Positions 1 through 8,997 of a DNA stretch of 62,258 nucleotides are shown piece after piece; position 1 is the stretch's first letter; each line of letters opens with the position of its first letter. Both the position numbers and the translations under genes were made by a program. Location: the NCBI GenBank assembly GCA_003158475.1, contig PMJR01000066.1, positions 1 to 62,258 on the forward strand, in the 5' to 3' direction. The DNA comes from Ignavibacteriota bacterium (lineage in GTDB: Bacteria; Bacteroidota; Ignavibacteria; UBA10030; UBA6906). Below the pieces are notes generated by a model. That model was not told where the DNA came from. It ran no database searches and saw only the letters and a program-made list of their open reading frames with translations.

Positions 1-4
1 TGTC

Positions 5-763
5 ATGAGATTCGACACCTTGTTCTACACCAAGTATGCCAGCCAAATCCCGGCAACTTCCCCTCTATGGTTCTTCAATAATTACGAAGCATATGACCAG
101 ATGTTTCTCAGATCGGGTGGTGGGGCATATGTCGATAGCATCCGCGAGTATCATCCCAGCAGGGAATTGAGAGCATTCATTCTCTTCAATGCCGCCATAG
201 AAGCACAAAGCAGTATGAATACAGAGGAAGTACGCCGTAACTATCTGAGACTGAAGGAGGAATTCGGCGATATATGGTGGTCAAAGATCGCAGATCGATG
301 GATCATGGTGGAAATGAAGGTAAAGCGGGGTGTGCAGGTACCGGTATTTTCATTCACAGACATGGACGATTCAACGATCCTGTACTCGAAGGCCTCGATG
401 AAAGGAGAGATCTATTTGCTAGACTTCTGGGCCACGTGGTGCATTCCCTGCCTCAATGAAATACCGTATCTTCAAAAAGTATACGGGAAATATCATTCGA
501 AAGGTCTCCAGATCGTCAGCATATCATCCGACACGAATAAATCAGACGTTTCATTGTTTCGACAACAGAAAGCCACAATGCCATGGAAGCATGTCTGGAT
601 TGGCGGCGATGAGCTCAAGATGATTCACGATCTTTTTGAGGTGACAGGCATCCCGAAGCCTATTCTCGTCAACCGGAACGGAGAAATAGTAGGATTAGGA
701 TCTGACGTGCGAGGCGAGAATCTCGATAGGATTCTCAAGGAGGTCTTAGTCTTAGGTGAATAA
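5..763 (+). CDS. TlpA/ResA-family thiol-disulfide oxidoreductase (probably 5'-truncated by the window edge)
   Basis: LLDFWATWCIPC (CxxC) and cis-Pro motif GIPKPILV; helical N-terminal region. Confidence 0.85.
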   Translation: MRFDTLFYTKYASQIPATSPLWFFNNYEAYDQMFLRSGGGAYVDSIREYHPSRELRAFILFNAAIEAQSSMNTEEVRRNYLRLKEEFGDIWWSKIADRWIMVEMKVKRGVQVPVFSFTDMDDSTILYSKASMKGEIYLLDFWATWCIPCLNEIPYLQKVYGKYHSKGLQIVSISSDTNKSDVSLFRQQKATMPWKHVWIGGDELKMIHDLFEVTGIPKPILVNRNGEIVGLGSDVRGENLDRILKEVLVLGE

Positions 764-827
764 AGCCCTTCCAAAGCGGCCGGCTGGGCTTGTGCTCTTA
801 TCAGTTGTGCAAATTACGGATTTCGGG

Positions 828-856
828 TTCTCCCATCCCGACCAGACCTCGCGGTG
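828..856 (+). repeat. ~29-bp imperfect direct repeat, copy A
   Basis: TTCTCCCATCCCGACCAGACCTCGCGGTG aligns with 1431-1459. Confidence 0.55.
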
Positions 857-887
857 ATGGTCCGAAGTACTCAAACTGAATAGGAGG

Positions 888-1407
888 ATGGCAATGCACT
901 TCCGTCGTTTACTCTTGAGTTCGTTTATGATATCAATCTGGACCACCCTGATGCTGGCTCAAACTATCAATAGCTCTCAGCTTATCGGGAGGTGGCAGAT
1001 ACACTCTAATGCAATCGCGTCTGGATGGAATGGGAACTATCAATTCTATTCAAACGGGAGGTTCATTTATCATTTCAATCAAATGGTTGACGAAGGGAAG
1101 CGAATCGTTTCAGTCCGGGGCAACTATCGAGTTTTCCGGTGATTCTCTGTTCTTTACGGCTTGATTCACAGATGAATATGTAGGAGGCGATCTCAGAAGG
1201 CCAGGCCCTCCTTCTGGCAGCGAGTGGGAGCTTGAGGGAGCAAAACTCACGCGTTTGCCGGTCAAGCAGCCGCTCGAGGAACCAACTGTTCTTCCTACGT
1301 GTGAATCGAAGACAACTGGAGGAAGATGTATCTGTATTGACGGAACGTTTTTCTACAAAATTAGCAGCAACCCCGATGCAGATCATTTCGATCTCCCGAA
1401 AATGTAG
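888..1407 (+). pseudogene. Disrupted secreted hypothetical protein
   Basis: Signal peptide then LIGRWQ...YQFYSNGRF. A +1 shift in the T-run at 1132-1135 continues as SGDSLFFTA*FTDEYVGG...FYKISSNPD, with in-frame TGA at 1162-1164 and final TAG at 1405-1407. Confidence 0.6.
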
Positions 1408-1430
1408 CATTGTTCCTCCGGTGTGAGAGA

Positions 1431-1459
1431 TTCCCGATCCCCATCCAGGCCTCGCGGTG
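1431..1459 (+). repeat. ~29-bp imperfect direct repeat, copy B
   Basis: TTCCCGATCCCCATCCAGGCCTCGCGGTG. Confidence 0.55.
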
Positions 1460-1626
1460 GAGCCTGGAACAGGGGGCTTTGCCGGGACCCAATCTCATTC
1501 AGTTGGAATAGTCGAATATTTACAGGACTAACAAACATTCTGCAACCGCCGCGCTGACCGGGTTTGTGTGGTTATACTGGAAGGGCCGTGGTTCAGTCCT
1601 CACTCAAATTTAGGCGGTGCTGTGCG

Positions 1627-3447
1627 ATGAAACTCCACTCGATTCGCGAGTCCCTTCGCGATGCGCGCGCAACGCTTCTCCGCTTTCCGCTTGTCGTCCT
1701 GGTTGCTGCGCTCGGGACTTTCGCAGCGCTCGTTCTGGCCGACTATGAAGGCCCCCCCGGCCCGACGATTCTCTTCAAGATACTCCTCGCCGCGATCCTC
1801 GGCATACCGTTCCTCGGTGCGTTGGCCCTGCTGGCAGAAAGGTATAAGTGGCGGAGATCGAAGGCGGTGGGGATCAACGCAATTGGACTTCTCGTTCTCG
1901 CGGGCTACGCGCTCAGTGTTCCCTCTGACCTGGCAGGAGCCCCGGGCTATTCTATCCTCCGGTTCTTCCTGTTTGCCTCAGGGCTGCACCTGTTTGTGGC
2001 GACAGCGCCGTTTTTGGCCAGAGGGGAGCTGAATGGATTCTGGCAGTACAACAAGTCGCTGTTTGTCCGACTCCTGACAGCACTGCTCTATACAATCGTC
2101 CTCTGGGCGGGACTTGCCATCGCACTCGCGGCGCTCAAAAACCTCTTCGGCCTCGATATTCCGGAGAAGCGGTATTTCGAATTATGGATCCTTTTAAACG
2201 GGCTCTTTATGACCTGGTTCTTCCTTGCGGGTGTGCCTCGAGATCTTGCTCATCTGGAGAGTGTGACGGAATACCCGAAAGGACTCAAGGTCTTCGCTCA
2301 GTACGTACTCTTTCCACTTGTCATGGTCTACCTTGTGATCCTGTATGTATACATGGGAAAAATCATTATCGCCTGGGACTGGCCGCAAGGATGGGTGAGC
2401 AAGCTCATACTTGGGTTCTCCGGCGCCGGCCTTTTCTCACTGCTCCTGCTGCATCCGGTTACCGGACGGGAAGAAAATGTTTGGATCAGGACCGCGGCAC
2501 GGTGGTACTACGTGATCCTGATTCCACTGCTCGTAATGCTGTTTTTCGCAGTCTGGAGGAGGGTCTCCGAATACGGTGTGACCCCAGGAAGGTACCTTGC
2601 CTTGGTGCTGGGACTTTGGTTTGCTGGACTGGTGATCTACTTCCTCGCAAGCAGGGCGAAGAATATCAAGGTCATCCCTGCCACACTGTGCATACTGGCA
2701 TTTGTCGTGAGCGTCGGCCCCTGGGGGATGCTTCGCGTATCTGAACAAAGCCAGCTCTCCCGATTCAGGTTGATCGCAGAGCGAAGCGGGTTCCTCCTGG
2801 ACGGCAAGATCCGCCCGTTGCATACAGAAATCCCATATCGTGATGCGGCACAAATCCGCTCGATCCTCTCCTATCTTCACGATATCCACGGCTATGATGG
2901 GCTTCAGGAATGGTTCAGCGGATCGCTCAAGAAAGACTCGACCGGAGAAGGAAATGTGTGGAAGGACGTTCCTGCTGTTGCGCAGATGATGGGACTCGGG
3001 GAAGGCGGAGGCGTCCAGGAGTGGGCAGGCCATGCGGTTGACTTGCAGGTGGCTCGTGACGGTGTCATAGATCTGACCGGTTACGATCGAATGATACGCG
3101 CGCCAAACATCACCGTTGGAGGCGGATGGGCGTCCTCGACAACGGAGAAAATCTCCTACCGTTTGGGGGACAGCCTGCACAACGTTATCATTGCCTTCGT
3201 TCGTGAGGGGAAAAAGGTCGCGCCGGTTGAGATCGATCTTCGTGCCCATGTAGAGAGGCTTCTCAAGGAATATGGCAGTGCAAACCTCAGTATGATTCCC
3301 CCGGAGAAAATGGCAACATGCAGCTCCGCAGGGGAAACCAGTGTCAAAGTCTGCTTCCGGAAGATTCGCGTCGAGCACCACGGCGGGGATGTTGTTGCCA
3401 CTCTGTGCGACGCGGACATATTGTACACGATTAAGGCGAGTAAGTAG
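1627..3447 (+). CDS. DUF4153-like multi-pass membrane protein
   Basis: About 10 TM segments, start motif 'RFPL', 'RRVSEYGVTPGRY' motif; ATG at 1627. Confidence 0.75.
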   Translation: MKLHSIRESLRDARATLLRFPLVVLVAALGTFAALVLADYEGPPGPTILFKILLAAILGIPFLGALALLAERYKWRRSKAVGINAIGLLVLAGYALSVPSDLAGAPGYSILRFFLFASGLHLFVATAPFLARGELNGFWQYNKSLFVRLLTALLYTIVLWAGLAIALAALKNLFGLDIPEKRYFELWILLNGLFMTWFFLAGVPRDLAHLESVTEYPKGLKVFAQYVLFPLVMVYLVILYVYMGKIIIAWDWPQGWVSKLILGFSGAGLFSLLLLHPVTGREENVWIRTAARWYYVILIPLLVMLFFAVWRRVSEYGVTPGRYLALVLGLWFAGLVIYFLASRAKNIKVIPATLCILAFVVSVGPWGMLRVSEQSQLSRFRLIAERSGFLLDGKIRPLHTEIPYRDAAQIRSILSYLHDIHGYDGLQEWFSGSLKKDSTGEGNVWKDVPAVAQMMGLGEGGGVQEWAGHAVDLQVARDGVIDLTGYDRMIRAPNITVGGGWASSTTEKISYRLGDSLHNVIIAFVREGKKVAPVEIDLRAHVERLLKEYGSANLSMIPPEKMATCSSAGETSVKVCFRKIRVEHHGGDVVATLCDADILYTIKASK

Positions 3448-3649
3448 CCCACATTGACGTACCCGTTGTATCCAGTTATGTTCATCGAGGAATTTGGACT
3501 TGCCGAGTGTTCCTGACCTGTTGCAGTGTTGAGGGATAGTGATCTTTGCTGACCCATCAACCACGCGAAGCACAGCAGTCCCCGTAAACTTCTGATCGGG
3601 CCTGCTGTTGAACGGCTCGCGAGCACTTCTGAGGTGACTCCCCAAGGAA

Positions 3650-4720
3650 CTATTTCATGAGAACCAGCCTCTTCATCGAGACAAAAGATCCAGTTTCCAG
3701 ACGGTAGAAGTATACTCCGCTGGAGAAATTGATCGGATTGAACGGCACGGTGTAGCTGCCGGCTTCCTGATGACCGTTCACGAGTGTGGCAACATCCTGA
3801 CCCAGCAAATTGTAGACCTTGAGGGAAACCTGAGCAGCGTTCTCAAGACTGTATTGAATCCTCGTGGATGGATTGAATGGATTTGGATAGTTCTGTTCAA
3901 GTGAGAAGTGTTGAATCGGTGAACTCTTGTTGCCGAGAGAGTTCACAACGCTCGGCTTAACCACAGTATTGGCATCCAATGTGACCGCGGTCTGTGCCAG
4001 CGCCCTACCGTCCAGCGTTGCGCCTGTAGTCATCACAATCGCTGTTTGACACAACATGACTCCCTTCATAGCAGCCGCCTTTCCAAGAGTAACCTGGCCG
4101 GCGACCTGCCAGAAGATATTGGACGTCCTCGCACCGCCGATGAGGGTAACCATAGCACCGTCGGCCAATACTAAATTCTGCGCTATCTGGAATATCCAGA
4201 TATCGTTTGCGGTCCCAGAAATGGTGACACCACCAGCAGATACCAGGACATCCGTGCCCCATTTGTATAGACCGGGAATGAGAGTTTGTCCAGTGACATC
4301 TCCGGCGTACAATTCAGTATAGCCGGGAAGTGATCGTCCAGCTGCATCAGTGTACGCAGTTTGCATGTCGCCTATTGCCGCCGTCATTTTGGCTGGACTT
4401 GGGACAGTATAGTCGGAAGCATATATTTTGCCAGTGACTAAGGACGATATCGAGAATGTGCCCGAGGCATCCAGTATAAGTCCAAATCCGGTTATGCCAG
4501 TCGCCTTGATTGGACTAACTCCAATATCACCGGTAATTTTGGTGACCCCTGTAGCAGAAACACCCGTTTGGGTGAGAATAACAAAATCGCCGGCCGTCGC
4601 AAGATTCACCGGTTTGGGCGACTGAGAAACAGCGATGGAAGTCAGCATCAAAGCAACTGCGAGTACTGCGCCGAGGGAGCGCGTCCACCTGTCTGGACTA
4701 CTTGCTGTACGCATCTTCAT
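3650..4720 (-). CDS. DUF3494 ice-binding-like protein with secretion C-terminal sorting domain
   Basis: VNLATAGDFVILTQTGVS, ITGDIGVSP, PGLYKW, IWIFQIA, NIFWQVAG, GRALAQTAVTLD; C-terminal QNYPNPFNPST...SGVYFYRL; GGAGG RBS before ATG 4720. Confidence 0.92.
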   Translation of the reverse strand: MKMRTASSPDRWTRSLGAVLAVALMLTSIAVSQSPKPVNLATAGDFVILTQTGVSATGVTKITGDIGVSPIKATGITGFGLILDASGTFSISSLVTGKIYASDYTVPSPAKMTAAIGDMQTAYTDAAGRSLPGYTELYAGDVTGQTLIPGLYKWGTDVLVSAGGVTISGTANDIWIFQIAQNLVLADGAMVTLIGGARTSNIFWQVAGQVTLGKAAAMKGVMLCQTAIVMTTGATLDGRALAQTAVTLDANTVVKPSVVNSLGNKSSPIQHFSLEQNYPNPFNPSTRIQYSLENAAQVSLKVYNLLGQDVATLVNGHQEAGSYTVPFNPINFSSGVYFYRLETGSFVSMKRLVLMK

Positions 4721-5168
4721 AAACCCTCCATTTGTCCGCATACGATTCCCCAATCTCTTAACTTGGATCGGATTGTCTTCCTTAAATGATTTCTCGAGCT
4801 GACACGAGTTCTGCTCGATCTTTCTTTGTTGTGCAAGGATTTCTGCATTTGAATCAACCGGCAATTGGGCCTCTTGAGTTGTCCGAAGGTCCTCTCGAAA
4901 TCCTTAACCTGTTGGTTCTCCTCCTCCTTAAGAACTCCGTATCTCTCTTCCAGTCTTCCCGCCAGGCTTTATGCTTTCCTGCAGTCAAGGCCGGCTGGGC
5001 GAGCCGTCCGTATTCAACCAGATGAAGCATACCGGATAGAACTGCAGAATGAATCGGCAGAAAGGATGAAAGGGTAGTTAACCACCGGTAGGAGGGAAAT
5101 GTCACCCTTCGCATGGAAATGAGCGACGCTATCCCGGAAACTGTCTCAAAACAGGGATAATCATCAGA

Positions 5169-5199
5169 GTGACAACGATCACAGGGTGACAATGATCAC
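5169..5199. promoter_or_regulatory. Two tandem GTGA-N6-TCAC (CRP/FNR-like) boxes
   Basis: GTGACAACGATCAC (5169-5182) and GTGACAATGATCAC (5186-5199). Confidence 0.5.
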
Positions 5200-5925
5200 T
5201 CATACTTCCACCATTGCCACCTAACTTGAGTACAGGATGCTCGTGATCATTGTTCGTCATTGATTCAGGGGGAGGTCAATGTCACCTCATATGGAGAATT
5301 GGGGGATCCCGTCGCCGGTGGAGGAGCTGTATTGCACTCAGAAAATCGGCTCTCCGTTGGACGACGGGCAGACCGCACTCGCCGGTGGCAGTCAGTTTTT
5401 CGTTCAGAAGAGCGAATGCTCCGAGGAAGGCGCGGATTCCGTTCCTCAACGTTCAACTAGGCCTGTTCCATTCTCTAAGCGTGAATGGCGCGGCCGGATA
5501 TAATCTTGAAGTAGCGTTCAGGCAGAAGGGACATGCGAGACCACTCTTTTGAAATATACAAGACCAGGGTTTTCAGGACGGTCCTCGAGATTGACCGGAA
5601 GGCAAAACCGGCCTCCCTGGGGGACACGCTGATCAGGCACTACTTCAATGCCGGCTACAGCGAGAGGGGTGCGGCGACCGCAATGATCGAAGTTGTAACA
5701 GTCCCGACGCCGTTTCGACCTTCCGCTGACTCCTTTCAGAGGCTCTAATCACTTGCAACGGGCCTGGTAACTAATCTTCCTGCTGCACCACGTCAAGAAG
5801 TTCCGGCCAATTTGTGGTCCCGGGTAATCAGGTTGGGTGATCGATGAAGCGAACGAGGAGGCCGGCAGCACAAGCAGATTATTCGGGATGACGTGCCGAA
5901 GATTTAAGTGCTATAGGATCCCCGC

Positions 5926-6579
5926 ATGATAACGATCCGCATATTTCTCATTGAAGATCATCGCACTTTGCGCGAGGGCATTGCAGCGATGATCAACGGA
6001 GAGGAGGATATGACGGTCGTGGGAGCCTCCGGAGGCAATGGCGACACATTGCTGCAGATGCGCAAACTGAGTCCTCATGTGGTCCTTCTGGACCTTGGTT
6101 TGCGGAATCAAAACGGCATCCGCACTACAGCGGCGCTTACAAGAGAATTCCCCGAAATTAATGTGATCGGGATGGGTCTTATCCCGTCACAACTGGATAT
6201 CATCGAGTTGGTGGAGGCGGGGGCATCTGGGCTCATCCTCAAAGACGCATCGATAGAGGTTTTTCTGGGGACCATACGGTCAGTGGTCCGCGGGACAAAA
6301 GTTCTGCCGCCCGCGCTCGCGGGATCGCTTTTTTCTCATGTTATCGAGCAGGCACAGAGAGAGGAAAAGGGAAAACTGATCAACGCGGTGCAGATGACGA
6401 AGCGTGAACGTGAAATCATTCCCCTGATCGCCGATGGACTAAGCAACAAGGAAATTGCCCAGCGGCTCAACGTTGCTACATACACGGTAAAGAGCCATGT
6501 GCATCACACCCTTGAAAAATTGGCACTCCACAGTCGCCTGCAAATAGCGACGTTTTTCCACAATCACGAGGCGTCCTGA
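5926..6579 (+). CDS. NarL/LuxR-family response regulator (orphan)
   Basis: Receiver domain (LIEDH, VVLLDLGL) plus HTH MTKREREI...GLSNKEIAQRL...TVKSHVH. Confidence 0.92.
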   Translation: MITIRIFLIEDHRTLREGIAAMINGEEDMTVVGASGGNGDTLLQMRKLSPHVVLLDLGLRNQNGIRTTAALTREFPEINVIGMGLIPSQLDIIELVEAGASGLILKDASIEVFLGTIRSVVRGTKVLPPALAGSLFSHVIEQAQREEKGKLINAVQMTKREREIIPLIADGLSNKEIAQRLNVATYTVKSHVHHTLEKLALHSRLQIATFFHNHEAS

Positions 6580-6786
6580 AATAATGTAATACTCATTGCA
6601 GTCGAACGGGTGCATTGCCTCCAATCCCACTCGCGATTCCTCCCCTCCCCCCCGGAAACTCTGTCAACAAACATCTATCGTGGACGAGAAGTGGCAAAAA
6701 GTCCCCCGAACAGCCGCGCTGGCTTCCTTTGTTAATACTACCGCTGCCATACGTAGTGGGGGAAATGTGATCCACGACAACTGTAG

Positions 6787-7032
6787 TCACCGCGAGTGAG
6801 TCGACTCCGATGGTGCGTCCATTCGCTTAAAGACCTGCTCCTTCAGAATGTCGAAAACATCGCGTTGTTCCGGGAGATGGCTTTTCACCATTGAGCCCGC
6901 AGAACCGGTGGTGTTTGTTTTGAGTGCACCTGCCGAATCGGCGGCATCTTTCAAAGAGTGTTCACCATGGGCGTTCGATTGCTGCGCGTACGAAGTGATA
7001 CACAGGAACGTAGAACACGAAAACAAAACCAT
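6787..7032 (-). pseudogene. Truncated secreted/outer-membrane protein remnant
   Basis: Signal peptide (…ITSYAQ), low-complexity linker, EQRDVFDIL, then an early stop; co-oriented directly behind the GT9 gene. Confidence 0.3.
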
Positions 7033-7051
7033 GCCAATGAAGGTGCAGGTG

Positions 7052-8365
7052 TTATACGGGTGCATGCCGGCCGAGACCGTTGAGATGGCCGGCAATGAGC
7101 GTCGACAGGCCTGCAACGTCGACGTGCTCGAAACACCTGACCGTCTTGCACGTCTTGAACATCTTGTTGAGACAGGTGATGTTGCGGCAGGGACTTCCCG
7201 CCTGGTAGCACCAGGACGGGGCATCCTGGTTTGCGGGAAGGTAGCCAGGCTGGAATGAATCGTAGCCCGACATCCGGGGCGTGGTGGCACCGAAGAAGGA
7301 GAGTACGGCCGTACGGTTCCGGAATTGATAGTGACCGGAGCGTGAGTACCGCCGGGCCGCTGCCAGATGCAGGGGGCCGGTGTCACCGGAGACGAAAACA
7401 TCGGCGTAATCAATGAGTGCCGAGAACACGTCCAGGGGCATGGTTCGGGGGACGATGCGAACCTTCGAACGAAGCGTCGATGGGATGGAATCGGCAAGGC
7501 GCTCTCCGATACCCGCCTCGGTATGGCCCGCCCCCAGAAGGATCGAGGTCTCCGCTGTTGTCTCCGCTGCGAGTAACCCCAGCAGCCTGGACTGGCTTTC
7601 GAACGGCATCAGATTGAATCTGCTGCTGCTATCCGGATTGAACATGATGACCGGTGCACGGGACGACAGGCCTGTCTCCCTGGTGAAGCGGCACGCGGAT
7701 TCTATCGCTTCATCGGAGTAGGTTGTCCGGACTCCCAAGAAGCAATCTTCACGGACCGGTTGAGCCGCCATGAGAAGCAGGCCACGGACAAATTGGTAGC
7801 TCTGATAGCTGAAGTGATTGATATGCACAGAATCGTTCTCGTTGCGCAGGAGAATCGGAGCACGGTTCAGGAATCTGGCTACCGACTGGCCGTTTCCTGC
7901 AATGTCCCTTTTTTCAAGGAAGGGGCAGATGTTCACGCACAGGTCATACTGACCACTGCGGATAACCCCCTGCAGCGCCTCGACGTCTGAGGACGACGGG
8001 AATTGCCCATCAGAAAACAGCGGAATGATCCGGGTTGCATCGGGGTTTCCCTCGATGAGGGGGGCCGCCACCTTGTTCACCACGTAATCGATCTCGGCAT
8101 CCGGGAAAAAATCGCGCAGGGCAATAAGTGATGACTGCATCATCACTGCGTCGCCAATATGGATGTCCGGGATTACGAGGAACCGCCGGAACGCCTTCAT
8201 TCTCTTCATTACTTTCCGGCTTCCGTGCTCGAATACCGCAGAGAGTGTGCGGCTCCCGTAGAGAGGACGGATCGTCGAATCCAACAGGCGCCCGCCGATC
8301 ACCGGAGAAATATCGGTGAGCCGGCTGGTTCCGGCAAAGATTATACTCTGTAATTTGGTATTCAC
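7052..8365 (-). CDS. Glycosyltransferase family 9 (heptosyltransferase-like)
   Basis: HIGDAVM, FPDAEIDY, ADVFVSGDTGPLHLAAA; GTG start with GGAGG RBS. Confidence 0.88.
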   Translation of the reverse strand: MNTKLQSIIFAGTSRLTDISPVIGGRLLDSTIRPLYGSRTLSAVFEHGSRKVMKRMKAFRRFLVIPDIHIGDAVMMQSSLIALRDFFPDAEIDYVVNKVAAPLIEGNPDATRIIPLFSDGQFPSSSDVEALQGVIRSGQYDLCVNICPFLEKRDIAGNGQSVARFLNRAPILLRNENDSVHINHFSYQSYQFVRGLLLMAAQPVREDCFLGVRTTYSDEAIESACRFTRETGLSSRAPVIMFNPDSSSRFNLMPFESQSRLLGLLAAETTAETSILLGAGHTEAGIGERLADSIPSTLRSKVRIVPRTMPLDVFSALIDYADVFVSGDTGPLHLAAARRYSRSGHYQFRNRTAVLSFFGATTPRMSGYDSFQPGYLPANQDAPSWCYQAGSPCRNITCLNKMFKTCKTVRCFEHVDVAGLSTLIAGHLNGLGRHAPV

Positions 8366-8697
8366 ATTCCTCCAGAAACGCAGTCACGATACGGCAACGC
8401 CGCACTCTCTTCTTCTCACGACGGGGAACGTGGTCCCGACATTTCGCGACAGTGATCTTTTCCTTTAGGTGGGACAATGTGACAACTGTTGGAAGATGTT
8501 CCTGGTGACAGTTCGGTAAACCGGGTGCAGGAAAGCAGTGAGGTGTGAAAGAACACGTAAATCTCGCCTGGTTTTTTCTATTGGAAAAACACAGAATCAA
8601 TCCGGGCTGTATGTACCTCTTTCTGTCGTGGAGGAATCTATGTAAAGATAACAATTAACGAGTGATCGTCAACGATAAACGGCAGAATGGATTATCG

Positions 8698-8997
8698 TCA
8701 CAGCCGTTCGACGCGTTTGGCGACAATAAGTCCTCCTTTAATGACTTCTTTGATGTGGGGGAGCACGCCCCGGACCTTTTCTTCATCGTCCACAAAAAGG
8801 ATCATGATGGGTCCCTCGTCCACAGTGCCGATCCCCTTGGTGTGATGGAGATGATGTTTCTGGCCGTACCCCATCACCGCGGGGAAGACCGAAGCGCCCA
8901 TGATCCCGTGATGCATGAGATACCGCATGATGTACTCGTCCATCCGTTTGTCCTGATGCAGGTCGTCTTCGTCGAGGAACATCGTGACTTCAAGCAT
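8698..8997 (-). CDS. DUF190 PII-like protein
   Basis: [22 protein letters not shown]...[13 protein letters not shown]; ATG overlaps the RND stop codon. Confidence 0.85.
   Translation of the reverse strand: MLEVTMFLDEDDLHQDKRMDEYIMRYLMHHGIMGASVFPAVMGYGQKHHLHHTKGIGTVDEGPIMILFVDDEEKVRGVLPHIKEVIKGGLIVAKRVERL

Noticed and set aside
1162-1164. In-frame TGA as selenocysteine or recoding
   Set aside because: It accompanies a frameshift 30 nt upstream, has no redox-motif context or evident SECIS, and TGA is a normal stop elsewhere in the window; decay or sequencing error is more likely
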